Assembly (NCBI GenBank): GCA_025964625.1
Contig: JAOPYL010000214.1
Span: forward strand, 7,542 to 71,541
Reading direction: 5' to 3'
DNA from: Actinoallomurus sp.
Lineage (GTDB): Bacteria; Actinomycetota; Actinomycetes; Streptosporangiales; Streptosporangiaceae
DNA length: 64,000 nucleotides
The notes beneath the pieces were generated by a model. The model saw nothing but the letters and a program-made list of their open reading frames with translations, was not told where the DNA came from and did no database searches. Made by a program: the position numbers and the translations under genes. The stretch's first letter is position 1. Each line of letters begins with the position of its first letter. This document shows positions 1 through 9,176 of the stretch, piece after piece.

Positions 1-26
1 ATAAGTAAGGCACTGCCGGAGGCGTG

Positions 27-1091
27 ATGTCCCTACGGGTCAGCGTGGGTTACGAGCTCGAGGTGCGGGGGCGCACCCGGGAGGTCGAGCGGCGGACGTT
101 CGAGAACGTCATCGGCCAGGTCACGCTGGCGGACCGGCTCGGCTACGACACCGCCTGGTTCGTCGAGCACCACTTCACGCGCGGCTTCTCCCACTCCTCC
201 GCCCCCGACCTGGTCCTCGCCGCGTGCTCGCAGCGCACCGAGCGCATCCACCTGGGCCTCGGCGTCGTGCTGCTGCCGTTCCAGCATCCGGTCCACACCG
301 CCGAGCGGGTCGCCACTCTCGACGTCATCAGCGGGGGGCGCGTGGAGTTCGGCACCGGCCGGGGCGCGTCCCCGCTGGAGTACCAGGCGTTCCGGCGTCC
401 GTTCGAGCAGTCCCGGCAGATCTGGGAGGACACCCTCGAGGCGGTGCTCGCGATCTGGAACGCCGACGGCGAGCCGGTCACCCGGTCCAGCGAGTTCTTC
501 GAGGTGCCGGGCGTCGCCGTCTACCCGCGGCCGGCGCAGACCCCGCACCCGCCGGTGTGGGTCGCCTCCACGTCCCTCGACGGCTACCTCGCCGCGGCGC
601 GCAAGGGCTACAACCTGCTCGGCATGACGATGCTGAAGGGCCTGGACGACGTCGCCGCGGACATCGCCGAGTACCGGGAGTGCCTCGCCGAGAACGGTTT
701 CGACCCGGAGACACGGCGCGTCGCGCTCATGATCCCGTGGCACGTCGCACGGACCAGGGACGAGGCGATCGCCACCGCCGCCGACCCGGTCCTCTGGTAC
801 ATCCGCCGCCAGGTGAACCTCGTCACCCCGCCCGACTACTACGACGCCCGGCACGCCACCCACCGCGTACTCGGCCAGCTCGCCGCCGGCATGCCGCCCG
901 AAGAGGCCATGGCCACCCTGCGCGAGCACCACATGGTCGTGGTCGATGACGTGGAGGGCTCGCGCAAGGCCGTCGAGCGCATCCAGGCCGCCGGGGCCAC
1001 CGACCTGATCCTGCAGGCCCAGGTCGGCGGACTGGCGGATCAGCACGTCACCGGCTCGATGAGGCTCTTCATGGACGAGGTGATCCGATGA
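27..1091 (+). CDS. LLM-class (luciferase-like) flavin-dependent oxidoreductase
   Basis: ORF with ADRLGYDTAWFVEHHF and GRVEFGTGRG motifs typical of the LLM family; its stop overlaps the next start (ATGA at 1088). Confidence 0.9.
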   Translation: MSLRVSVGYELEVRGRTREVERRTFENVIGQVTLADRLGYDTAWFVEHHFTRGFSHSSAPDLVLAACSQRTERIHLGLGVVLLPFQHPVHTAERVATLDVISGGRVEFGTGRGASPLEYQAFRRPFEQSRQIWEDTLEAVLAIWNADGEPVTRSSEFFEVPGVAVYPRPAQTPHPPVWVASTSLDGYLAAARKGYNLLGMTMLKGLDDVAADIAEYRECLAENGFDPETRRVALMIPWHVARTRDEAIATAADPVLWYIRRQVNLVTPPDYYDARHATHRVLGQLAAGMPPEEAMATLREHHMVVVDDVEGSRKAVERIQAAGATDLILQAQVGGLADQHVTGSMRLFMDEVIR

Positions 1092-2209
1092 CCGGGCGGA
1101 GCGGGCAAACCGACGGGCACCGGACGGACATGACCTGGCTGACGCGGGAGGGCTTTCCGCCGGCCCGCGACGCGGAAGGGCTGCTGCTGGTATCCCCCGA
1201 GGCCGACGTGGTGGTGCCGCTGACCGCCGGCGACCGCGAAGCGGCGCTCGGCATCGCGACGGCCACGCTCACCGGCGCCGGTCTGGAGGCGTCCGACCGG
1301 GTGGTGGTCGCGCTCAACAACGACGGCGAGGCCACCGGATCACTGATCGCGCGGGCGTGCGCCGGCATCGCCCGGGCGGCCGCCGCACCGGGCCCGCGCG
1401 GGCGGATGAGGCTGCACGGCGCGCTCGAGGCCGTGCGGGCGACCACCCTGATCACGACGCCGACCGGCGCGACGGACTTCCTCGCCCGGCTACACCTGGA
1501 ATTCCTGCTCGACCCGCTCGACCTCGGGCTGCGTCACATCCTGCTCGCCGGCGAGATCCCGTCGCCGGGCACGTACGCCCAGCTCGCCTCCGAGTTCGAC
1601 GCCGAGGTGACCGAGCTGTACGCCGACCCTTTCTTCGGGCTGCCGCTGGCGCACCGGTCGCCGCGGGACGCCGTCCACACACAGGCCCGCGACGGCCTGC
1701 TCGGGCTCGCGCCGCTCGGCAAGGACGCGCTGCTGGAACCGCCGCACGCCGCCGGGCCGGCGGAGATCGTGATCACCCCGTCGTGGCACTCCACGCTGGC
1801 CGGCGCGACGCTGCGCACCGGCCACGTCGTACGGCTGCGGGACGGCGAGGACGGCATGCCGGGTCCGGAGCACACCGCCGGCGAGCACGTCCTGGTCCGC
1901 GGCCGGTGGCTGCCGATCCCGCGCGTCGCCGAGGCGCTGACCCGGATCGACGGGATCAGCCACTGGGACCTGCGGATCGGCCGGGAGGGCACGCTCGACT
2001 CCGCCGCCCTGCACGTCACCTTCACCCGGGAAACGCTCGTTGAGAACCCGATGTGGAGGTCGCGCATCCGCCAGGCGCTGGTGGCGATCACCCCGGTCAC
2101 CGTCGAGGTGATCGTCGAGGAGGAGGTCTCCGAGGACGCCCGGCCGGGAACGGTCACCGATCTCCGCGGCCACCATCTCGGCCGCGATCGCTCCACCATC
2201 GCCGAATAG
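1088..2209 (+). CDS. Phenylacetate-CoA ligase (PaaK)-like protein with degenerate adenylation motif
   Basis: PaaK-like central region (TLITTPT, HILLAGE) and C-terminal small domain; no recognisable TSGTTG P-loop. Coupled to the upstream gene. Confidence 0.65.
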   Translation: MTGRSGQTDGHRTDMTWLTREGFPPARDAEGLLLVSPEADVVVPLTAGDREAALGIATATLTGAGLEASDRVVVALNNDGEATGSLIARACAGIARAAAAPGPRGRMRLHGALEAVRATTLITTPTGATDFLARLHLEFLLDPLDLGLRHILLAGEIPSPGTYAQLASEFDAEVTELYADPFFGLPLAHRSPRDAVHTQARDGLLGLAPLGKDALLEPPHAAGPAEIVITPSWHSTLAGATLRTGHVVRLRDGEDGMPGPEHTAGEHVLVRGRWLPIPRVAEALTRIDGISHWDLRIGREGTLDSAALHVTFTRETLVENPMWRSRIRQALVAITPVTVEVIVEEEVSEDARPGTVTDLRGHHLGRDRSTIAE

Positions 2210-2224
2210 CCCGGGAGGCGTGCC

Positions 2225-3844
2225 GTGGAACCGGTACCGGACTGGGGAACGATCCCGCGGATGCTGCGCGACCAGGCCACGCGCCATCCCGGTGCCGTGG
2301 TCGTCGCGGACGGCGGCACCACGCTGACGCTGCGGGAGCTGCGGAAGCGGGCGGGACAGGTCGCCCGCGCGCTCATCGCGCTCGGCATCGGGCCCGGCGA
2401 CAGAGTCGCCGTGCAGGCGCCGAACTCGGCCGCCTGGGTCGTCGTCGCGTTCGGCATCTGGGACGCCGGTGCGATCGTCGTTCCGCTCTCGACGCGGTTC
2501 CGCGGCATCGAGGCCGCGGAGATGCTCGTCAAGACCGGCGCGAGGGCGCTCTTCGCCGCGGAGGGCTTCCTGGGCGTGTCCTACCTGGGCCTGCTGCAGG
2601 AGACCTGCGGCGGCGTGGCCGACGGGCGCCCGTTCCGTGACCTGCCCGATCTGCGCCACGCGATCCTGCTGTCCGGCGAGGCCGGTGGGACGGCCCGCAG
2701 GGCATCGGCCTGGCCGTACCCGGCCTTGTCGTACGGGGCCTTCCTGGCCGGCGGCGACGGCGTGGCCGACGACGAGGAACGCGCGCTGGCGGTGGACCCG
2801 GACGATCTCGCCGAGATCATGGCGACCTCGGGGACGACGGGTGCGCCGAAAGGCGTGATGCTCCACCATTCCCAGCTGCTGCGCGGCTACTGGGACTGGG
2901 CGTCCATCGTGACGCTGGACAAGGATGACCGCTATCCGATCATCGCGCCCTTCTCGCACGGCTTCGGGCTGAACGCCGGCCTGATCGCCTGCGTGCTGAA
3001 ACGCGCCACGATGATGCCGATCGCGATGTTCGCCCCGGATGCCCTGATGGACATGATCGAGCGGGACCGGATCAGCATCCTGGCCGGCCCTCCGACGCTC
3101 TTCCACCGGGTCCTCGAGGAGCTCGGCGGCCGTGACGTGTCCTCGCTGCGAGTGGCCATCTGCGGGGCCGCCGCGGTGCCTCCCGAGCTCATCCGGCGCC
3201 TGCTCGACCGGGTCGGCCTCGACCGCATGATCAACGCGTACGGGCTGATGGAGGGCACCGTCGTGTCGATGACGCGGGCCGGCGATCCGGTCGGCGTGAT
3301 CGCGGCCACCACCGGGCGCGCGGTGCCGGGAGTGACGCTGCGCATCGTCGACCATGAAGGTGCGGACCTGCCGCCGGGCGAGCGCGGGGAGATCCTCGTG
3401 GGCGGGTACGGCGTCATGCGCGGCTACTGGGAGGATCCGGCCAGGACCGCGGAGGCCGTGGACCCCGGGGGGTGGCTGCGCACCGGCGACATCGGCGCCC
3501 TGGACGAGGACGGCAACCTCGCGATCGTCGACCGCAAGAAGGAGATGTTCATCGTCGGCGGCTTCAACGCCTACCCGGCCGAGATCGAGGCGCTGCTGCT
3601 GCAACACCCGGGCATCGCCCAGGCCGCGGTGGTGGGCGTGCCCGACGACGCGATGGGCGAGGTCGGCTGGGCGTTCGTCGTCCCGCGCGCCGCCGTCGAA
3701 CCGGAAGCGATCATCGCGTGGGCGCGGGAGAACATGTCCAACTACAAGGTTCCCCGCAAGGTGGCCGTCGTCGACGCACTGCCCGCCAACGTCAACGGCA
3801 AGATCGACAAGCAGGCTCTCCGCGCCCGCGCCACAGTTCGCTGA
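2225..3844 (+). CDS. Acyl-CoA synthetase, FadD3 (HIP-CoA ligase)-like
   Basis: ATSGTTGAPKG P-loop, YGLMEG, WLRTGDIG, NGKIDK. The N-terminus (WGTIPRML, GDRVAVQAPNS) and GGFNAYPAEIE resemble FadD3 as I recall it. Confidence 0.85.
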   Translation: MEPVPDWGTIPRMLRDQATRHPGAVVVADGGTTLTLRELRKRAGQVARALIALGIGPGDRVAVQAPNSAAWVVVAFGIWDAGAIVVPLSTRFRGIEAAEMLVKTGARALFAAEGFLGVSYLGLLQETCGGVADGRPFRDLPDLRHAILLSGEAGGTARRASAWPYPALSYGAFLAGGDGVADDEERALAVDPDDLAEIMATSGTTGAPKGVMLHHSQLLRGYWDWASIVTLDKDDRYPIIAPFSHGFGLNAGLIACVLKRATMMPIAMFAPDALMDMIERDRISILAGPPTLFHRVLEELGGRDVSSLRVAICGAAAVPPELIRRLLDRVGLDRMINAYGLMEGTVVSMTRAGDPVGVIAATTGRAVPGVTLRIVDHEGADLPPGERGEILVGGYGVMRGYWEDPARTAEAVDPGGWLRTGDIGALDEDGNLAIVDRKKEMFIVGGFNAYPAEIEALLLQHPGIAQAAVVGVPDDAMGEVGWAFVVPRAAVEPEAIIAWARENMSNYKVPRKVAVVDALPANVNGKIDKQALRARATVR

Positions 3845-3850
3845 GCGCGG

Positions 3851-4762
3851 CTACGCCCTGTCGGCCACGAGCGCCGGTGTGCTCACGGCCGGCTCCGGCT
3901 CGTCGTCCTGGCGCGGCAACAGCGTCACGACGACCATCGCGACGCCGAACCCGGCCAACCTCAGCACCAGCCGCACCGAGTCCTGCGGCAACGGCTCTCC
4001 GAACACCGCCGTGCCGGCCAGCACGGTGTAGACGGCACCCACGACGCTGGAGACCGGGACCACGATGGAGGCGCGTCCGCGCTGCAGCGCGGTCTGGAAG
4101 AGCAGCAGCCCGGCGCCGGACAGGGCCAGGTACAGGTAGGGGTACGGCGAGGCGAGCGTCCTGCCGAGGAAGCCGTGCGGGTTCTCGGCGAGAAAGCCCG
4201 AGACCCCCTTGGTCTGCAACCCGGCGGCGCCGTACAGCAGGCCGGACGCGGCGCCGTACAGCAGGCCGGGCGCCGGTCTGCCGCCGCGCGATTCCGAGCG
4301 CGCGGCCGAGACGAACGCGCCGCCGGCAAGGAGTACGGTGCCGGCCACCACGGCCATCATGGCCCCGGTGCCGGCGTGCAGGCCGAGCCTGGCCGGCTCC
4401 ATCGACAGGCAGATCAGCAGCAGCGACAGCGCCAGCACGCCCAGGCCCGCCCAGTCTCGCGGCGTGGTCCGCTCGCCGAGGAAAACCGCCGAGAAGACCA
4501 CCAGCAGTGCCAGCCCGGCCAGCTGGATCGGCTGCGCGACGCTGAGCGGGACGAGGGACATCACGACGATCTGGCATGCCATGCCCAAGCCCATGACGAA
4601 GAAGCCGGTCAGCCACGCCCGGCTGGTGCAGAGCACGCGGAGCAGGCGGCCGACCCGGCGCATGCTGATCGGGGGCAGGTCGCGCAGCGCCCGCTTCTCC
4701 AAGACGAAGCCGGCGTTGTACAGAACCGTGGCGATCAGCCCGAGGACGATGCCGAAGAACAA
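3851..4762 (-). CDS. DMT/EamA-like inner membrane transporter
   Basis: Multi-TM hydrophobic ORF (LEKRAL, SLVPLSVAQPI, FQTALQRGRASIVVPV); AGGAGG precedes TTG at 4762. The track ORF extends to 4897. Confidence 0.8.
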   Translation of the reverse strand: MFFGIVLGLIATVLYNAGFVLEKRALRDLPPISMRRVGRLLRVLCTSRAWLTGFFVMGLGMACQIVVMSLVPLSVAQPIQLAGLALLVVFSAVFLGERTTPRDWAGLGVLALSLLLICLSMEPARLGLHAGTGAMMAVVAGTVLLAGGAFVSAARSESRGGRPAPGLLYGAASGLLYGAAGLQTKGVSGFLAENPHGFLGRTLASPYPYLYLALSGAGLLLFQTALQRGRASIVVPVSSVVGAVYTVLAGTAVFGEPLPQDSVRLVLRLAGFGVAMVVVTLLPRQDDEPEPAVSTPALVADRA

Positions 4763-4924
4763 GCGGCCTCCTGTGGGCCTGCTGCGGGGGGATGGGCGAT
4801 CCGGGTCACCGGGGGCGAGCCCGATCGCGCACATCACGCCAGGCACTGGGGTGTGCAGGGCGCGACTTTGAACCAAGAATTTACCCGATTGCCCCAAATA
4901 GGAGGTACGGACCGGGCGAAAAGG

Positions 4925-5338
4925 TCAGCGGGGCCGCCACTGGACCAGGGCCAGCTCATGATCGACATCGGCGAACACCGCCTCGACCGGCATGTCCGGT
5001 TCGATCTCCGCGGGGTTCGTGCCGGCCAGGTTCCCGTACATGAATACGCCGTCTCCGTCGTCCAGCCGCACGTGCAGCACAGCGTAGGGCACCTCGTCGG
5101 CGAAGGCCCTCATGAAGACCTGGTGGGAGACGGTCCAGCTCGCCACCCGCCCGGTGCCGAGGGCGGGGACCCAACCGGCCTCGCGCGACCGGCACCGGCC
5201 GCACACGGCCCGGGGCGGGAACCGGAGCGTGCCGCAACCGTCGCACCGCTGGAGCAGCAGCTCGTGCCGCCGGACCGCCTCCCACCAGGGGGTGGAGTCG
5301 CGATCGAGGTCCGGCCTGGGCCGGTCCGGCAGGCTCAT
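4925..5338 (-). CDS. Zn-ribbon/OB-fold (DUF35, ChsH2 C-terminal-like) protein
   Basis: PWWEAVRRHELLLQRCDGC...CGRC and GRVASWTV; overlaps the thiolase-like gene by 4 nt. Confidence 0.9.
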   Translation of the reverse strand: MSLPDRPRPDLDRDSTPWWEAVRRHELLLQRCDGCGTLRFPPRAVCGRCRSREAGWVPALGTGRVASWTVSHQVFMRAFADEVPYAVLHVRLDDGDGVFMYGNLAGTNPAEIEPDMPVEAVFADVDHELALVQWRPR

Positions 5339-6492
5339 CGGTCCGCCTTCAGGATCAGCGCGGAGGTGCCCGCGAGGACGTATCCGGGTTGCGCGGTCGA
5401 CAGCGCCACCTCCGCGCCGGCCACCTGCCGGTCACCGGCCGTGCCGCGCAGCTGCGACACGGCCTCCGCGACGTGGTTGATGCCGTGCACGTACCCCTCC
5501 GACAGAAAGCCGCCGTGTGTGTTCACCGGCAGGGCGCCGTCCAGCCGGGTCGCGCCGGAGGCGGCGTACGGGCCGCCCTCGCCCTTGGGGCAGAACCCGT
5601 AGTCCTCCAGCTGCACGATCACCGAGTAGGTGAAGCAGTCGTACAGCTCGGCGACGTCGATGTCCTCCGGCCCCGCACCGGCCATGGCGTACAGCCGCGG
5701 AGCGATCCGGGCCGCCTCCGAGACCGTGAAGTCGCCGCCCTGGCCGGAGAAGAAGCTGTCGCCGCCGCCCCACACCGCCCCGGAGATGAGTACCGGCCGC
5801 ACCGGCAGGTCCCGTGCCCTCCCGGCGGATGTGATCACGATCGCGCAGGCGCCGTCGGTCTCCAGGCAGCAGTCGAGCAGCCGCAGCGGCTCGGCGATCC
5901 AGCGCGACGCGAGGTAGTCGTCCAGAGTGATCGGATCGCGCTTCAGCGCTCGCGGGTTCTTCACCGCGTTGGCGCGCTGCCCCACCGCCACCTGGCCGAG
6001 CTGCTCGTGCGTCGTGCCGTACTTGATCATGTGGGCCCGGGTGAAAATGGCGAACTGCTGCGGCGGGGCAAGGTGGCCGTACGGCGCCTGGTACTGCGCG
6101 TCGAAGATCGGGGCGGGGTCACGGCCGGTGCCGCCCATCCGGAACTCCGACCGCGCGTTGATCGCCCGGTAGCAGACCACGGTTCGGGCGGCGCCGGAGG
6201 CGACCGCCATGGCGGCCTGGCCGATCACCGCGTGGGAGACGCTGCCGCCGCCGAACTGGTCGAGGTACCAGGTGATCTCCGGAATGCCCAGTGCGGGGGC
6301 GACCACCCACGGCGGCGTGGAGTCGCCGACCCGATGAGTCGCCAGGGCGTCCACGTCGTCGACGGTCAGGCCCGCGTCGTCGAGCGCGTTCGTGATCGCG
6401 TCGATCGCCAGAGTGAGCGTCGAGACTCCGGAGTTCCTGCTGAACGGCGTGTACCCGACCCCGGCGATCGCGGCCTGATCACGGAAGCTCAT
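5335..6492 (-). CDS. Lipid-transfer protein / thiolase-like (Ltp2-type aldolase)
   Basis: AAIAGVGYT, LLDCCLETDG, AELYDCF, NTHGGFLSEGY motifs; ATG at 6492. Confidence 0.9.
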   Translation of the reverse strand: MSFRDQAAIAGVGYTPFSRNSGVSTLTLAIDAITNALDDAGLTVDDVDALATHRVGDSTPPWVVAPALGIPEITWYLDQFGGGSVSHAVIGQAAMAVASGAARTVVCYRAINARSEFRMGGTGRDPAPIFDAQYQAPYGHLAPPQQFAIFTRAHMIKYGTTHEQLGQVAVGQRANAVKNPRALKRDPITLDDYLASRWIAEPLRLLDCCLETDGACAIVITSAGRARDLPVRPVLISGAVWGGGDSFFSGQGGDFTVSEAARIAPRLYAMAGAGPEDIDVAELYDCFTYSVIVQLEDYGFCPKGEGGPYAASGATRLDGALPVNTHGGFLSEGYVHGINHVAEAVSQLRGTAGDRQVAGAEVALSTAQPGYVLAGTSALILKADR

Positions 6493-6525
6493 GCTGGCCT
6501 TTCGTACGGCTGCCCGGGACACGCC

Positions 6526-6543
6526 ACCAAGCAAGCGTTAGGT
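6526..6543. promoter_or_regulatory. KstR2-type operator ACCAAGCAAGCGTTAGGT
   Basis: Imperfect copy of the recurring palindrome, 33 nt upstream of the ltp start. Confidence 0.7.
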
Positions 6544-6725
6544 TAAGAGCCTAGGACCGTACACCGCGCCCTGTCAACGCGGCGCTCCGGCGGCGGGTGG
6601 TCGTAGGTCCTTCGGCGGATATCTGGTGTTCGCCGGAATCTCTGGGGCCGGCCGGCGCTTTACTGGAGGTGCGCCGGGCATCGCAGTCAGCGCGGGTTGA
6701 CACTCCCCGACGGGCCCGCCTATCG

Positions 6726-6743
6726 TCCAAGCAAGCGCTTGGC
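6726..6743. promoter_or_regulatory. KstR2-type operator TCCAAGCAAGCGCTTGGC
   Basis: Near-perfect palindrome; inner AGCAAGCGCTTGGC has one mismatch to AnCAAGnnCTTGnT; 19 nt before ATG 6763. Confidence 0.8.
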
Positions 6744-6762
6744 TAAGAGAAGGGATCGGGTC

Positions 6763-7374
6763 ATGGCCGACGGTGCGACCGCCGCGACGTCAATCCCCTA
6801 CGGCTCGGCTGCACGACCCTCCGGCCAGAACATGAGAAGACACGTGCCGGGTTCACCCAACGGCTCGGCGACGACCGCGTCCGACCCGGTCACCGACATG
6901 GACAGCATGCGGTTCCGCAGCATCCTCGGGCGCTTCGCCACGGGCGTCGTCGCGATCACCGCGATCGATCCCCGCACGGGCGGGCCCACCGGGCTGGCCG
7001 CGAACTCGTTCACGTCGGTGTCGCTGGACCCGGCGCTCGTCGCCTTCTGTGTCGCGCACACCAGCTCGACCTGGCCCAAGCTGCGCGAGGCCGGGCGGCA
7101 CTGCGTCAACATCCTGTCCGAGCCGCAGCGTGAGCTCTGCCTGCAACTCGCCACGAAGGGCGGCGACAAGTTCGCCGATCTGGAGTGGACCAAGTCACCC
7201 GGCGGCAGCCCGGTGATCGACGGCGCCCTCGCCTGGCTGGAGTGCTCGGTCGAGGCCGAGCACACCGCCGGCGACCATGTCATCGTGGTGGCCCGGGTGC
7301 ACCACCTCGACAAGCACCATGACGGCGACCCGCTCGTCTTCTACAAGGGCTCGTACGGCCGCTTCGACGGCTGA
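6763..7374 (+). CDS. Flavin reductase family protein (HpaC/HsaB-like)
   Basis: FRSILGRFATGVVAIT, ANSFTSVSLDP, AGDHVIVV, PLVFYKG. The start may be later (6832 or 6898). Confidence 0.9.
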   Translation: MADGATAATSIPYGSAARPSGQNMRRHVPGSPNGSATTASDPVTDMDSMRFRSILGRFATGVVAITAIDPRTGGPTGLAANSFTSVSLDPALVAFCVAHTSSTWPKLREAGRHCVNILSEPQRELCLQLATKGGDKFADLEWTKSPGGSPVIDGALAWLECSVEAEHTAGDHVIVVARVHHLDKHHDGDPLVFYKGSYGRFDG

Positions 7375-7383
7375 GCGCGGCGA

Positions 7384-8562
7384 GTGAGAAGCGGCGCCCG
7401 GAGCGAGGGCACGGAGCGGAACCTCCGTGAGGAGGTGCGCGCCTGGCTCGAGGCGAACCTCACCGGGGTGTTCGCCCGCGCTCGGGGACTGGGCGGCCCC
7501 GGACGCGAGCACGAGGGGTTCGAGCTGCGGCGCGCCTGGGAACGACGGCTCGGGGAGGCGGGCTGGACCTGCCTCGGCTGGCCGGAGGCGTATGGCGGCC
7601 GCGACGCCTCGCTGTCCCAGCAGGTCGTCTTCCATGAGGAGTACGCGCGCGCGAACGCACCGCACCGGGTCGGCCACATCGGCGAGGGCCTGATCGGGCC
7701 GACGATCATCGAGTTCGGCACCGAGGAGCAGAAGCAGCGGTTCCTGCCGCCCATCCGGCGGGGCGACGAACTGTGGTGCCAGGGCTATTCCGAGCCGGGC
7801 GCCGGCTCCGACCTCGCGAACGTCCAGACCAGGGCGGAACTGCGCGGCGGCGAATGGGTGATCACCGGTCAGAAGATCTGGACCTCGCTCGCCCACCTGT
7901 CCGACTGGTGCTTCGCCGTCTGCCGCACCGAGCCTGGTTCCAAGCGCCATCACGGGCTTTCCTACCTTCTCGTCCCGATGCGGCAGCCCGGCATCGAGGT
8001 ACGCCCGATCACGTCGATGACCGGCACCAGCGAGTTCAACGAGGTGTTCTTCGACGGCGCCCGCACGGGGGCGGAGAACATTCTCGGCGAGCCCGGCGAC
8101 GGCTGGCGGGTGGCACTGGCGACGCTCGGGTACGAACGCGGGGCCTCGACGCTCGGCCAGCAGATCGGGTTCCGGCGGGAGTTCGACGAGGTCGTGGCCA
8201 CGGCCAGGCGCACCGGAGCGGCCGAGGACCCCATCCTGCGCGACCGGCTCGTCCAGTCGTGGATCGAGCTGGAGATCATGCGGCTCAACGCGCTGCGCAC
8301 CATGTCGTCCCTGGCCTCCGGCGAGCCGGGGCCGGAGGTGTCCATCGCCAAGCTGTACTGGTCGGAGTGGCACCGGCGGCTCGGTGAGCTGGCCGTGACG
8401 GCTCTCGGCGAGGAGGTCCTCATCGGCGAGGCGGAGCCGTACGGGCTGAACGACCTGCAGCGGATGTACCTGTTCAGCCGCGCCGACACGATCTATGCCG
8501 GCTCGAGTGAGATCCAGCGGAACATCATCGCGGAGCGCACTCTCGGCCTGCCTCGCGGCTGA
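7384..8562 (+). CDS. fadE30: Acyl-CoA dehydrogenase FadE30/IpdE1 (HIP catabolism)
   Basis: GLGGPGREH, WCQGYSEPGAGSDLA, ERGASTLGQQI and YLFSRADTIYAGSSEIQRNIIAER closely match mycobacterial FadE30 as recalled. Confidence 0.85.
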   Translation: MRSGARSEGTERNLREEVRAWLEANLTGVFARARGLGGPGREHEGFELRRAWERRLGEAGWTCLGWPEAYGGRDASLSQQVVFHEEYARANAPHRVGHIGEGLIGPTIIEFGTEEQKQRFLPPIRRGDELWCQGYSEPGAGSDLANVQTRAELRGGEWVITGQKIWTSLAHLSDWCFAVCRTEPGSKRHHGLSYLLVPMRQPGIEVRPITSMTGTSEFNEVFFDGARTGAENILGEPGDGWRVALATLGYERGASTLGQQIGFRREFDEVVATARRTGAAEDPILRDRLVQSWIELEIMRLNALRTMSSLASGEPGPEVSIAKLYWSEWHRRLGELAVTALGEEVLIGEAEPYGLNDLQRMYLFSRADTIYAGSSEIQRNIIAERTLGLPRG

Positions 8563-8590
8563 CGCCGCCGCGAGGAGCCGCGCGCCCGGC

Positions 8591-8628
8591 GGAGGCGGCC
8601 GGCGCTGGAGGGCTTGGCCGCCTCCAGC
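8591..8628. terminator. GC-rich hairpin between convergent genes
   Basis: GGAGGCGGCC (8591-8600) pairs with GGCCGCCTCC (8616-8625); alternative stem GCTGGAGG/CCTCCAGC. Confidence 0.45.
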
Positions 8629-8634
8629 ACCCTC

Positions 8635-8937
8635 TCAGGAGCTGTGCTCGCCCGTCGCGGCGAGCACCCGGGCGACGCGGTCGGCGGCCTCGGCGAGGTC
8701 GTCGGCGAGGGCGATGCGCTCCGCCCACGACCACCAGAACCACCAGCTCCCCTCGGTGGTCTCCGCGAGGATGCTCTCGGCGAGGGCCGACACCCGTGGG
8801 TTCACCACGTGCAGGCTCGGCGGTCCTCCCCGTGGAATCGCCAGCCGTACGGCGAAACCCCGTGCCCGGAGTTCGTCGCCGAGGCCTTCGAGATATGCGA
8901 TACGCGTCCGTGCTAACGCGGCCGTCTCATGGGACAC
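8635..8937 (-). CDS. Small hypothetical protein with WWFWWSWAERI motif
   Basis: 100-aa ORF with ATG start and protein-like composition (LHVVNP...WWFWWSW). Confidence 0.75.
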   Translation of the reverse strand: MSHETAALARTRIAYLEGLGDELRARGFAVRLAIPRGGPPSLHVVNPRVSALAESILAETTEGSWWFWWSWAERIALADDLAEAADRVARVLAATGEHSS

Positions 8938-9176
8938 GCTCGGATCACCTCATCTTGAAAGGACGTGGCCCGACGGAGAATCAGCATTCCGCCGCCGCTC
9001 TCTGGGCGCAATCCGCATCACCGAAGGCGCCGGAACTTCTGCCCCGTCCGGCAACGGCGGGGGAGAAAGCTTGACCCTGGTGGCAGGTTCTGACTCCCGT
9101 CACGTCTCAAACCCACCGCCCACTGGGTACGTCCTACAGGCGGTGGCATAGAGGCCGGTGACATAGAGGGGGCGCA

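Noticed and set aside
1490-3607. Long antisense/alternate-frame ORFs (e.g. 1490-3607, 12443-13678, 14353-16251, 23833-25923, 33422-36364, 56525-58264)
   Set aside because: They shadow well-supported genes, lack motifs and are Arg/Gly/Pro-rich, as expected from high-GC codon bias.
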